The translations under genes and the position numbers were made by a program. Below the pieces are notes generated by a model. That model made no database searches, was not told the DNA's origin, and saw only the letters and a list, made by a program, of their open reading frames with translations. A stretch of DNA of 59,726 bases, the filler included, from Squatina squatina (lineage: Eukaryota), in assembly GCA_031763465.1 (NCBI GenBank). It is 3 parts of 3 records of this genome, joined end to end, with 100 filler letters (N's around TTAATTAATTAA, not from the genome) between each part and the next. Parts side by side here need not be neighbours in the genome. Positions count along the whole stretch, not along the records: positions 1 to 20,885 come from JARFOE010000121.1; positions 20,986 to 41,456 come from JARFOE010000233.1; 1 more part is not named here. The stretch is one strand, 5' to 3'. Below are positions 12,633-23,899 of the stretch, piece after piece. Position 1 is the first letter of the stretch. Every line of letters starts with the position of its first letter.

Positions 12633-14062
12633 AAGGAAGCTGTTACTTTATCAGAATAATGAATTAAACATCTATGCAAGTTTTGACGAAGGTTCTTATT
12701 CAAGCCTTTAATTGGGTTTTCTCTGAGTATTTCCAGTATTTTCTGTTCTTGTTTCCGATTTCAAGCCTTCATGTGTTTTTTTAGTTATCGTTACTCATCC
12801 ACAGAATCCTAATGTAAGCATTTTCCTGGCAAGGCTCTGCTAAGTGTAAATTGTTTTGCTTACAGAGTCAGTTATGACCTCCTTGGATCTCTTACACACA
12901 AGCCTGGCAGCATGTAGCACTTCCATCTGCTCCAACCTCTCGCACTGAAGCAGAATTCCTTGGTAGTAATAAGTCCATAAAACTAAACACAAGTCCACAG
13001 CCAGTTCATAAATGTTCGGTTATGTTGTATAGCATGTTCTTAATTTGTAATAAACTGGAGGTTATTAAAGATGTTCAAGCATCTGCCATGCTCTATCAGG
13101 TATCTCTTCATCCTGAGCCAAAGTCAAAGTCTCATTACTCGTTATTATTCTGTAAACTGGAGAGGCCCATCAATCAGAGAACAGTGCGATGTAGTGCCTG
13201 TTCTTAAATCATTAAAAAGTCTCTTCATTTTCCTTGCCCGGTGCATTATGGCAAATGATTCCTCAACCTGTTACAGATTCCGTTTGAAACGAGCTATAGA
13301 TTGCTTGCATGCACTATAATAGATGGCTGGCAGCGAGTTACAAGTTTGTAATTCAATCGAGCACTTCTGATGAGATCATAAACCAACGACAGCAAGAGCC
13401 GGCATGTTTTCTTCAACAGAATAACAGGAATGAATTACAGCTTGCAAACCGTTGCCAGCTATTTATCATTCTGTGCAATAGAAATTGAATGGCTGATTTT
13501 AGAAAGCACAGCTTGTTTCCCCCCCACCCCCCTATGGTTCTGATTGTTGTACAGGAGGCAAACTGAGCATATTTGTGAGGCAGAAGAGTGTGACATAGGC
13601 GAAAAGGTAATAAAGCAGTCACTGATGTGAGACCTGTTTGTTAGCGGCAAGTAAACATATAAAAAAAATACATATGAAATATGTATACATGAGAATTGCT
13701 TTTATAAAACTTGAAAACTAGCATTGACTTTAGCTTCTGTTTTGCTTTCAATATTTTTATTTAGCCTGATGAGGGAGGTATGTTTGGAGGAGCTGCTTGC
13801 ACAAGGGAGCTGGCTAAGATATGCCGAGACGTCATCAGCTCAGGGTGCACTGCATTATTGTCAATTTGACTGTGCATGTTAATTCAGCTCTCTCACAGAA
13901 TTCAGCTCAATACTCCAGTAAGAAAAAATTCACCTCCTCACCCCCTCCCTATAAAGTCATCAGCATTTTCTGTTTCAGTGAAAGCATTGGAAAGGATCAG
14001 CAGCTAGGTAAACAAATGGTGACCAGCGCTAATTGTAGTCCTTCAGAGCTGATTCAAACATA

Positions 14063-14332
14063 GAAGAAAAAGAAAGGCTTGCATTTTTATAGCGCCTTTC
14101 ACGACCATCGGACGTCCCAAAGTGCTTTACAGCCAATTAATTATTTTTGAAGTGTTGTAATGTCAAAAACATGGCAACCAGTTTGTGCACAGCAAGCTCC
14201 CACAAACACGATAATCTGTTTCAGTGATGTCAATTGAGGGTTAAATATTGGCCCACGATATCGGGGTCAACTCCCGTTCTCTTCTTCGAAAAAGTGCTCT
14301 GGGAACTTTCATGTCCACCTGCGAGAGTACAG
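14063..14332 (-). mobile_element. Deu-domain SINE
   Basis: Reverse complement matches 16790-17090; TCTTT-type tail at 14063-14076. Confidence 0.8.
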
Positions 14333-14534
14333 NNNNNNNNNNNNNNNNNNNNNNNNNNNNNNNNNNNNNNNNNNNNNNNNNNNNNNNNNNNNNNNNNNNN
14401 NNNNNNNNNNNNNNNNNNNNNNNNNNNNNNNNTGGTTACACAGAGCGCAGGTCACACCTCATTTGGACGAATATACTGGAAATATAGACTGACCTTGCAG
14501 GGAGCCCAATGACAATACATCCTGGTGATATATG

Positions 14535-14835
14535 GGATGAAGGGACTTAACTATGATGAGACACTGGGTACATTTGAGTTGCATGTCCTGGAGATGAAGA
14601 GGTTAAGGACTGATCTGATTGAAGTGTTGAAAATCCTGAAAGAAATTGACAGGACAGATAAGGAGTGACTATTTCCACTTGTAGGGGAACCAAGAACAAG
14701 GGGACATAATCTAAAATTAAATCTGAGCCAGTTAAAAGAGAATCCAGAAAATGAAATGCTTCATACAAAGAGAATATAGAATGCACTGGTGAAAAGGACG
14801 AATCAATTAAAGGGTTTACAACAGAGATAGATACT
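14535..14835 (+). mobile_element. Old CR1 3' fragment
   Basis: GGGATGAAGGGACTTAACTATG...GAAGAGGTTAAGG...GGGACATAATCTAAAATT resembles 4588-4800. Confidence 0.65.
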
Positions 14836-14837
14836 TA

Positions 14838-14999
14838 GAAAAAGAAAGAAAGACTTGCATTTCTCTAGCGCCTTTCACAACCACCAGATGTTCCAAAGTG
14901 CTTTACAGCCCATGAAGTACTTTAAGGAGTGTAGTCACTGTTTTAATGTAGGAAACGCAGCAGTCAATCTGTGCACAGCAAGCTCCCACAAACAGCAAT
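14838..14999 (-). mobile_element. Deu-SINE 3' half
   Basis: AAAGAAAGAAAGACTTGCATTTCTCTAGCGCCTTTCAC...GCACAGCAAGCTCCCACAAACAGC. Confidence 0.8.
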
Positions 15000-15624
15000 N
15001 NNNNNNNNNNNNNNNNNNNNNNNNNNNNNNNNNNNNNNNNNNNNNNNNNNNNNNNNNNNNNNNNNNNNNNNNNNNNNNNNNNNNNNNNNNNNNNNNNNNC
15101 CCTTTCACCAGTGGAAATGATCGGAACGTGCACAGGGCTGTTCGCTTGAAGAGCCTGTCTGTTTCAGGGGTCCGAGGTCTCCTTAATTTGCATATTCAAA
15201 TGGGGCCCATCACCTGAAACAGGCAGGAGCTTAGAGCGCCCAGTGATGGGCCCCATTCACAATGGTGGCCCATGCATTGCCGGTGTTACCGGGGCGGGAA
15301 AGCTACCAACTCCAATCTGAGGCTGTTACCGCCCAGTTAACACCAGGCGAGACAAGTTAAAAGCAACATACACCCCTTTCCTGATTGCAGAATTGAAGGT
15401 GGACTACAGGAACCTTACATACCCTGTACTTGTACAACAGTCATCCTGGACTCTTAGCAACGTCGAAGCCTGAGCTCGGGTTCAATGTGTTTCATAAATA
15501 AACAGTCTCTGCGACCCTTTGACCTCTACTACGATAACATCATAGTTTTCTCAAAAGACATTCGTTTCCACCCCCTCCCCCCCAACATCTCCAATATTTT
15601 TATAACAAGTTCATGAAAGTGTTC

Positions 15625-16007
15625 AAAGAAAATTACATAGGATATACGGCACAAAATCTAACAGCATAATCCTCTATTCCCAACTCCCTCATATGCTTGT
15701 CTAACCTCCCCTTAAATGCATTTATACTATTAGCTTCAACTACTCCTTGTGGTGGGTGAGTTTCACATTCTCAACACTTTTTGGGTAAAGAATTTTCTCT
15801 GAATTCCCTATTTGATATCTTGGTGACTATCTGGTATTGATGGTCTCTAGTTATGCTCTTCCTCACAAGTGGAAATACTCTTTCTGTATCCACTCTATCA
15901 AAACCTTTCATAATTTTAAAGACCTCCAGTAGGTCACCCCTCAGTCTTTTTTCAAGAGGAAAGAGACCCAGCCTGTTCATCCTTTCCTGATAGGTATAGC
16001 CTCGCAT
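15625..16007 (-). mobile_element. CR1 LINE 3' fragment
   Basis: ORF MRGYTYQERMNRLGLFPLEKRLRGDLLEVFKIMKGFDRVD, typical of the CR1 ORF2 C-terminus. Confidence 0.9.
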
Positions 16008-16532
16008 ATAGACAAGGAAACATTGGTGGATCAGACTTCACTGGGCTGCTACTGGTCAATTGAAGAACAACATTGGTATTGGACAAGGACTAGTCAATAA
16101 CCCACTCTCTGAGGTGAGAAAGGTGTGTAGCCTGTAATGTGGAGGAAAACAAATGAGAGGGTCTTCATACTGTCCAAACAAAGTGTGCACACAAGAGCAG
16201 GTTATCACCAGTTTGTAATTGAAACTGTGTCTTATTGGGGGGAGCCAATCAGGAGCTGCATTGGCTCCCAGTAAAAGGGAAGTGTCATGCCTGAGGTGGT
16301 TCCTGGTTAGAGGGGCTGGTGGTGCAATTGGGGACCAGGCCTTCTTGGCTGCAGAAGGAAGGAATAAAATGGTAGAAAAAGGGAGAAAATTACCCTTATA
16401 AAAGGCAAGTTAGTTACGAACAATTATCCGTTATTCTATGTGTCATCTGTTACTTGAGAGTCACACACTCTGGTTGACTCACTGTGTGCCTGGTGCCTCA
16501 CTCACTCTTAACATGTATGAATACCCCGACAG

Positions 16533-16732
16533 AAAAAGGGCAGATCTTCATGCAAAAGAAGCCCACCATGTACCCGCCTTGGAACAGCACCTTTGATGCG
16601 CACATCAACAAGGGCCGAGTCATGCACATCATTATCAAGGACAAAACCGTTGAGTTGATCTCAGAGACCACAGTGGAGCTGAATTCCCTGGCAGAGAAAT
16701 GTAAACGCAATCAAGGAAAAGCAGACATCTGG
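16533..16732 (+). CDS. PRKCQ: Protein kinase C theta, C2-like domain exon
   Basis: ag|..|gt bounded, 200 bp; (E)KGQIFMQKKPTMYPPWNSTFDAHINKGRVMHIIIKDKTVELISETTVELNSLAEKCKRNQGKADIW; HINKGRVM and ISETTVEL are theta-type rather than delta-type. Confidence 0.93.
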
Positions 16733-16789
16733 GTAATATTTTAATGCTTCATTTGTTGGCAGTTTGTCCTTATTTTATTGGCAGTCGAT

Positions 16790-17090
16790 CAATCCTTCAG
16801 AGGAGGCAGTAAAACGAGGTCCTATCTGCCTGTTCGGATGGATGTTAAAGATTGTATGGCGCTATTCAAAGAGCAGAGAGATCGCCTGGTGTCTTGACCA
16901 ATGTTCCTCCCTCAACAACACCAATAAAATCTGATTAACTGGTCATTTGTGTCATTGCTATTTGTGGGACTTGCTGTATGCAAATTGTCTGTTCCGTTCG
17001 CCCACATAACAACGGTGCACGTCTGGGTGATTCAGTGTGTGTGAAGCGCTTTGGAGCCTCAATTAGTGTTATAACCACAAGTTCTTTCTA
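16790..17090 (+). mobile_element. Deu-domain SINE between the PRKCQ and septin exons
   Basis: AAACGAGGTCCTATCTGCC...GGCGCTATTCAAAGAGCAG...TTTGTGGGACTTGCTGTATGCAAATTG...GTGAAGCGCTTTGG. Confidence 0.8.
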
Positions 17091-17108
17091 TCCTATGTCT
17101 CTTCGCAG

Positions 17109-17271
17109 TGGAAAATCCAGCTCACTGTGACTTTGTGAGGTTACGAAACATGTTGATCCGAACACACATGCAGGACCTGAAAGATGTGACACGTGATGTA
17201 CACTATGAAAACTACCGAGCGCAGTGCATCCAGAGCATGACCAGGATGGTGGTGAAGGAGCGAAACAGGAA
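17109..17271 (+). CDS. SEPTIN4: Septin (SEPT2 group, septin-4-like) internal exon
   Basis: cttcgcag|TG...AA|gtaagt, 163 bp; (V)[53 protein letters not shown]; the [17 protein letters not shown] tail fits septin 4. Not in the ORF track. Confidence 0.88.
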
Positions 17272-17342
17272 GTAAGTGCATTAACTTTTACTTAGCTGGA
17301 ATGAGTTAGCTGTTAATACATTGCCAGAAAAATACACATCAC

Positions 17343-17366
17343 GTGTGTGTGTGTGTGTGTGTGTGT
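17343..17366. repeat. (GT)n microsatellite
   Basis: About 12 GT units. Confidence 0.95.
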
Positions 17367-17371
17367 CTATG

Positions 17372-17465
17372 ATAGTGTAGTGGTAATAACCATAGAGATT
17401 GTGAGTTCAAATCCCACCATGTCAAGATGTAAAATGGAATTAAATAAATCTGATCATTTGTGCGG
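17372..17465 (+). mobile_element. tRNA-derived SINE head fragment
   Basis: TAGTGTAGTGGTAA (A-box-like) and GAGTTCAAATCCC (B-box-like). Confidence 0.5.
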
Positions 17466-17565
17466 NNNNNNNNNNNNNNNNNNNNNNNNNNNNNNNNNNN
17501 NNNNNNNNNNNNNNNNNNNNNNNNNNNNNNNNNNNNNNNNNNNNNNNNNNNNNNNNNNNNNNNNN

Positions 17566-17820
17566 TCCAAGTACTTTTTAAATGTGATGAGGGTTTCTGC
17601 CTCTACCACCCTTTCAGGCAGTGAGTTCCAGATCCCCACCACACTCTGGGGGGAAAAAGTTCTCCTCAACTCCCCCCTAATCCTTCTACTTTAAATCTCT
17701 GCCCCCTGGTTATTGACCTCTCTGCTAAGGGGAATAGGACCTTCCTATCCACTCTATCTAGGCCCCTCATAATTTTATACACCTCAATTAGGTCTCCCCC
17801 TCAGCCTCCCTTGTTCCAAC
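17566..17820 (-). mobile_element. CR1 LINE 3' fragment
   Basis: RRTFSPQSVVGIWNSLPERVVEAETLITFKKYL. Confidence 0.9.
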
Positions 17821-18164
17821 CTACGCCGAGACCCGGTAGACCTGGGTTGTCCCACTGAGAAAGAAGTGTGCATTCCACAACAGGCAAACAAGGACTCTAC
17901 CTGCGTGGGTTTGTCATTGGTTTGGTTCGGACACTCTTGGTCGCGGTTTTTGCTGTGTATTTCAGATATCCCATCTGACCAACAGAAAAGAAGGATGGTT
18001 GAATTCTATTCATTCTTGTTTCTTTCAGGGGACTGAATAAGCAAGGCTACCAATGCAGACGTAGGTTGTTTACCATTTCCAAAATAATTTTCGTTAAAAT
18101 TTTGACATTGCATGCCTGCTTTGAGTTTGAACACATTGATTCCCGTCTTCTGTTTACCTTCCAG

Positions 18165-18250
18165 AGTGCAACGCTGCCATTCATAAGAAGTGCATCGATA
18201 AAATAATAGCCAAGTGTACGGGATCAGCAGTGAACAGCAGGGAAACCATT
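18165..18250 (+). CDS. PRKCQ: Protein kinase C theta exon, end of C1A domain
   Basis: cttccag|AG...ATT|gtacgt, 86 bp; (Q)[28 protein letters not shown]; splices in frame to 20686. Confidence 0.93.
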
Positions 18251-18739
18251 GTACGTACCGTGTCCCCAGAACATAAAGAGCCTTTGTGCAGATGCTGTAC
18301 AACAGAACACATTGGCAGAGAGAATTTGCCCAGTGGTGGTAGCTGAGTTTAAATTAAGTAGCCTTCACCTAGGGTTATTACCAGAAAGCCACATCAGTTG
18401 TAACTTATTAACGCCTACAACAGTGCTACAGTCACTTCAGCATCAGTAACATCTCGTGTATCAATGCCTGACTAAATATCTGACTAATTACACAACCCGC
18501 CCTGCAACAATATGTAAATGATTCATGTATGTACCATTTCCCTCATTTCTCAAATTAGAACGAGGAAAGGCAATATAAACTAAAGGGTACAATTCGAAAG
18601 GAGGTGCATGAACAGAGAGACCTGGGGGTCTGTATGCACNNNNNNNNNNNNNNNNNNNNNNNNNNNNNNNNNNNNNNNNNNNNNNNNNNNNNNNNNNNNN
18701 NNNNNNNNNNNNNNNNNNNNNNNNNNNNNNNNNNNNNNN

Positions 18740-18865
18740 ACGAGGAAACATTTCTTGCACGAGCAGTTGAGTGGGCATGAAAAACGGGGACATTTGAGCA
18801 ATTTTGAGGTAAGTATTGGGATACCCAGAACACCACCTCAAAAACCTGGACATCTGGTTACCCTA
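18740..18865. mobile_element. DNA transposon end, possibly hAT-type
   Basis: Ends in GGACATCTGGTTACCCTA (reverse complement TAGGGTAACCAGATGTCC), directly followed by a CR1 tail remnant. Confidence 0.4.
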
Positions 18866-19689
18866 TCAAGCGGCCAAATGGCCTACTATTTCTTATGTTC
18901 TATTTCTAATGAATAGGCCGTGTGGGTGGCTGATGCAGGAAACGGGGGATAAAAATTAGGCTTTTGCAATAACAAGTTCCCTTCTAGGGTTGGAATGAAG
19001 AGTATCTGAGTAGAGTTTTAAGTTGTGCGTGCATAGAACTGGCATTGAGGATCGGCTGCTTAACATATAAGCCGTCTGATTTTCATTTCCATTTCAGTTT
19101 CTGTAACAGGCCAGTCTGCACAGCACACGTCTTCCACCTGGGCTGCAAGTTGAAAATTTAACCCAATGTTGGTGAAAGAGCAGAGGGAGTATTGTTCTGC
19201 TGTCACTGACCCGGAAGTGCTTGATGCTGCCACTGAGTGGCTAAACTCGAAAGGCGTTGCATTCCACCCTGACTGAAAACCCGTTCCTTATTAACATAAA
19301 TATTCACCCTTCCTAAAAACTGAAGAACTTTTAGCTATGGACTTTATAGAGATTTGTGATTAGTTTATTTCTTCTAGGGAATGACTAAATGCTTCCTTTC
19401 CTAAATCTCTATATGGAGGGTTCCAATGATCATACAGGAGCAATTACCATCCCATCTCTTTGATGAGTGCAAAGGATTTTCAGTCAAGTTTTTAGAAAAG
19501 ATGTATATTAGTCATGACCAGGTTTATTATAGATGAACAAAGCTGTTCTTTGTTGCAGTATCAAGTAACAATGAGGGATGTCTGCATTGCCAAGTATATC
19601 TGGATCAAATTAAATATTTTTAAAGAAAGGTCTTAACCCTGCAACTAATGAATAACCAGGCCCAAGACTCTGCCTCATTTCTACAAATA

Positions 19690-20100
19690 GTCATAGAATC
19701 ATAGAAATTTACGACTCCAAAGGAGGCCATTCGGTCCATCGTTTCTGTGCTTTGTTTTACTTCTTAATCATGCCCCCTACGTTGAAGTCTAAATCATTGA
19801 TACATGCCACAAAAAAACAATGAACCTAGTACTGAGCCCTGCGGAACCTCACTGGAATCAGCCTTCCAGTCACAAACGCATTCATTGACCATTATCCTTT
19901 GCTCCCTGCCACTGAGCCAATTTGGATCCAACTTGCCACTTTCCTTCGGATCCCATAAGCTTTTACTTTTCTGGCCTGTCTGCCATGTCAAAACCATGCC
20001 AAAATCCATGTAGACTACATCAAGCGCGCTACCCTCATCGACCCTCCTTGCTACCTCCTCAGAAAATTCAGTCAAGTTAATCAAACATGGCTTCCCCTAA
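19690..20100 (-). mobile_element. CR1 LINE fragments (RT region joined to 3' tail)
   Basis: INLTEFSEEVARRVDEGSALDVVYMDF...WLSGREQR...VPQGSVLG. Confidence 0.9.
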
Positions 20101-20685
20101 CAAGTAATTCTTTACACAGAAACACGGGCACTTACGGTCCCTAACACCAACTCTCCTTGACTAATATTAAATCAGTACAACCTTCAGACCAAGGTCTGTT
20201 CCCCAGTCTGGTCTCTAGTTACTGGACCAGGCCTTCTCTAGACCTACACCCTCTCTAACAATGACCACTAACCTCACTCTCTTCATGAAACTCTGACAAG
20301 AGAATCTACAACGATACTGGCAATATATTGAGAGTGGAAACTAAATTGTTGTTCACACGAATGGAAAAATAAAAAAAGTTGTGACATTTGGCAAGGAAAA
20401 GCTTAGTTAGCCTTCGATCTGTGGAATCAACCCTTAGTGAGTCAGCTCAGCATTTCCAACCCATCACTTTTCTACTTGGCTATACAATATCAACTGCAGC
20501 CGACACACACCTTTAGTCAGTGGTAGAACCCCACACCTATATCTTGCCATTTTTGCCCACAAAAATCAGTTAGTATCTCTGTACTGTTCCATGTTATGTG
20601 GCTGTATTTTAATCACATTCACTATTCTCTTTCAAGGGCCCATTAAGCTTCTCAATAACCACCTGCATTCTCTTTTGGCTTGCAG

Positions 20686-20815
20686 TTTCACAAGGAGCGG
20701 TTTAAAATAGACATGCCCCACAGGTTCAAAGTCTACAACTATAAGAGCCCGACATTCTGTGAGCACTGTGGGACCCTGCTGTGGGGCCTGGCAAGGCAAG
20801 GTTTAAAGTGTGAAG
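20686..20815 (+). CDS. PRKCQ: Protein kinase C theta exon, start of C1B domain
   Basis: ttgcag|TTT...G|gtaaat, 130 bp; [43 protein letters not shown]. Confidence 0.95.
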
Positions 20816-20929
20816 GTAAATATAAGGATGGCAGACACTATGGTTCAAGCATCCATGTTCCTCTTGGCCCCAAAAAGAATCATGCNNNNNNNNNNNNNNN
20901 NNNNNNNNNNNNNNNNNNNNNNNNNNNNN

Positions 20930-20941
20930 TTAATTAATTAA
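20930..20941. other. Artificial scaffold linker
   Basis: TTAATTAATTAA centred in N44-12-N44; gives stop codons in all six frames. Confidence 0.92.
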
Positions 20942-21901
20942 NNNNNNNNNNNNNNNNNNNNNNNNNNNNNNNNNNNNNNNNNNNNTTTCTTGAATATTAG
21001 AGATGCTCAAAATACTGTTCTTCCCTAAATGTACCTAGGTTTTTTGGGCTCCATTCTTTCTCCATTGATTTTGTGTTTTTTTTTTACACAAACAACATGA
21101 GGTTTAGTGGTTTCTGAATTGCTGATAAAAACTGACTTTCAGAATCGTATCATGTACCTAGTACACTTTCCCCGCCCCTACTTCCACACCCAAATTCACT
21201 ACTATGCCCCTGGTGGGTAACTGTGAAGGAGGGGCTGGAACCCATGAATGTGGCAACTATTCTATTCACTTCAAGATAATATCCTTAAAGTAGATGATTT
21301 GTGGATGATTTGATCCCTAGGCGTACGACACAATTCAGAGCAAATGTTATTTTAAATATATTTTTTGTTGCCAAGCCATATTTCAGATAAAGCTCCTGTT
21401 AAAGAATTTATATATATAAAAAACATACAATGTATATGGACTCTAATGTTTTAGGTGTCTAAAAAGGATTGGCTCAAGTTTGTTAAGAAACATGTATAAG
21501 ATAATGGTTACCCTTTTGCTTTTTAAGGTGGAGAAAATGGCCTTAGCACTTTTACTGCCCAATCTGAGGCCATTTCCTTCCTAACATCACTGAAATCCCA
21601 TGAAAGTGTGCCAGAGCGAGATTCAAATTAGTTTGTGCCACCAATATATATAATAAATCGAAACCGTCTTTTGTGTCAAAGTGTATCCATGGGGAATTAG
21701 ATATTACAACGTAGCCCAGTATCTTACACCAACTATTATTGCTCCTGTGCAGGTTTAATAATGTATTACAATTAAACACCTGGCAAGCTCTCAAACTGGG
21801 CNNNNNNNNNNNNNNNNNNNNNNNNNNNNNNNNNNNNNNNNNNNNNNNNNNNNNNNNNNNNNNNNNNNNNNNNNNNNNNNNNNNNNNNNNNNNNNNNNNN
21901 N

Positions 21902-22500
21902 TATCTTCTCCATGGGAATTCCCAATATCCTGAGAGATTTTTTTCTCTATTTAACCTTGCTTGAGGTTTATAAATCTTGTACTTACCCTCTACATTCATT
22001 ATCAAAGTAAAATAATTTGCTTTCTTCAACTTTATACCTTTCATTTGTTGAAGGCCTGTATCATGCTTCCCTTAGTCTTTTCTTTGGTGAAAAGATCAAT
22101 TGATTGTGCCTTTCTCCCAAGACTGGAATTATCCTATTCAGATTTCTCCAAACCCTTACTGATAAACCCATATCTGTTTTGAAGCAGGGAGACCAAAACT
22201 GCACATCATAATCCAGAATTGACCTCACCAGCAATCTGCACAATAACTTGTTCTGACTTGTAATCCAGATGCATTTCTGCATCCAGTTTATTTTACAATA
22301 AGACTTCTTTGTTCTGACCAGATCATTTCACTTAACAATGATCATTCCAAAATCCTTTTCTGCCTCTGCCAGTTTCAAGTTATAGATATGATTGCTGTTA
22401 CCTATACACATTTCCCTATATCTACCTACATTAAAAACAATCCGTCAGATATCAGGGTGAACACAATTGGTTCATGTCTCTCTGAAGGTCATCGATTTCA
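21902..22500 (-). mobile_element. Old degenerate CR1 fragment
   Basis: LCRLLVRSILDYDVQFWSPCFK resembles the CR1 motif LVRPHLEYCVQFWSP. Confidence 0.7.
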
Positions 22501-22944
22501 TTTCTATTCATTACCTGCCCACATAGCTTCATGACTTATAGAGTGGTTTCAGTCATATTAAAGGATTATGCCTCCATTAGCGTTCACCTAAACCTCCCTT
22601 TCAAACTAATTGGACGCGGAGGCTGAGGCATAGAAAGAGCAATAGGAAACCACAAGTAGGCATGCAAAGGTCACAGAGAGAAAAACTAGTGGCAGGATAA
22701 TGTAGGCACGCAAGGAAGAAAATCAGAAGCAATGGCATGGCACAGCAGTAGGTAGTAAGGAAAAATTGAGAGAAAGTCTGAAGGGGGAAAGAGAAAATTA
22801 TTTTTTCTGCGTGAACGACACCCACATCATTTGAGAGGAAGGANNNNNNNNNNNNNNNNNNNNNNNNNNNNNNNNNNNNNNNNNNNNNNNNNNNNNNNNN
22901 NNNNNNNNNNNNNNNNNNNNNNNNNNNNNNNNNNNNNNNNNNNT

Positions 22945-23756
22945 GGGAGAGAGATATGGGGGGAGAGAGATACAGGGAGAGACAGAGTGAGATATACAGG
23001 GAAAGAGGGATACAGGGTCAGAGAGATACAGGGAGAGATAGAGAGACATGGGGGAGAGAGAGATACAGGGAGAGAGAGAGTGATACAGGGAAAGAAAGAT
23101 ACAGGGAGAGATCGAGTGGGAGAGAGAGATACAGGGAGAGAGAGAGAGATACAGGGAGAGAGAGATACAGTGGGAGAGAGATACGGGGGGAGAGAGAGAT
23201 TCAGGGAGAGACAGAGTAATATATACAGGGAAAGAGGGAGAGATACAGGGAAAGAGAGATACAGGGAGAGATACAGGGGAGAGAGATACAGAGAGAGACA
23301 AAGTGATACATACAGGAAAAGAGATATACAGGGGGAGAGAGATACAGGGAGAGATAGAGAAGGAGATACAGGGAGAGAGAAATACAGGAGGAGAGAGAGA
23401 TACAGGGCGAGAGCAAGATACAGGGAGGGAGACATATAGAGAGGGAGAGAGAGATACAGGGAGAGAGAAAGAGAGATATAGGGAGAGAGATACGGGAGGG
23501 AGAGCGAGATACAGGGAGGGAGAGACAGTGATATATAGGGAGACAGGGAGAGGTAGAGAGAGAGAGCGATACAGGGATAGAATGATACCAGGAGGGAGAG
23601 ATACAGGGAGGGAGAGAAAGACAGAGAGATAAACAGGGAGATAGAGAGGGAGATACAGTGGGCGGGAACGCGATACCGATAGAGTCAAATAGAGAGAGAG
23701 AGATACACAGGGAGAGAGAGAGAGAGAGAGAGACGGGGGGAGAGAGAGAGAGATAC
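22945..23756 (+). repeat. Purine-rich minisatellite, GGGA(GA)nGATACA-type units
   Basis: Dozens of imperfect units of about 14-20 bp; accounts for all the low-complexity ORFs here. Confidence 0.95.
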
Positions 23757-23899
23757 NNNNNNNNNNNNNNNNNNNNNNNNNNNNNNNNNNNNNNNNNNNN
23801 NNNNNNNNNNNNNNNNNNNNNNNNNNNNNNNNNNNNNNNNNNNNNNNNNNNNNNNNCCTGCATGTCTGTTTCAGAAACTGGTGCAGAAGATCACAAAAG

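Noticed and set aside
16533-18250. PRKCQ-septin fusion protein
   Set aside because: Exon phases are incompatible on both sides (0 to 1, and 2 to 1)
20930-20941. TTAATTAATTAA as a homeodomain site or piggyBac footprint
   Set aside because: It is exactly centred in N-runs and occurs twice in identical form, so it is a synthetic linker
22798-23863. Long Ser/Leu/Pro-rich and Arg/Glu-rich ORFs
   Set aside because: They are translations of the GA-rich minisatellite
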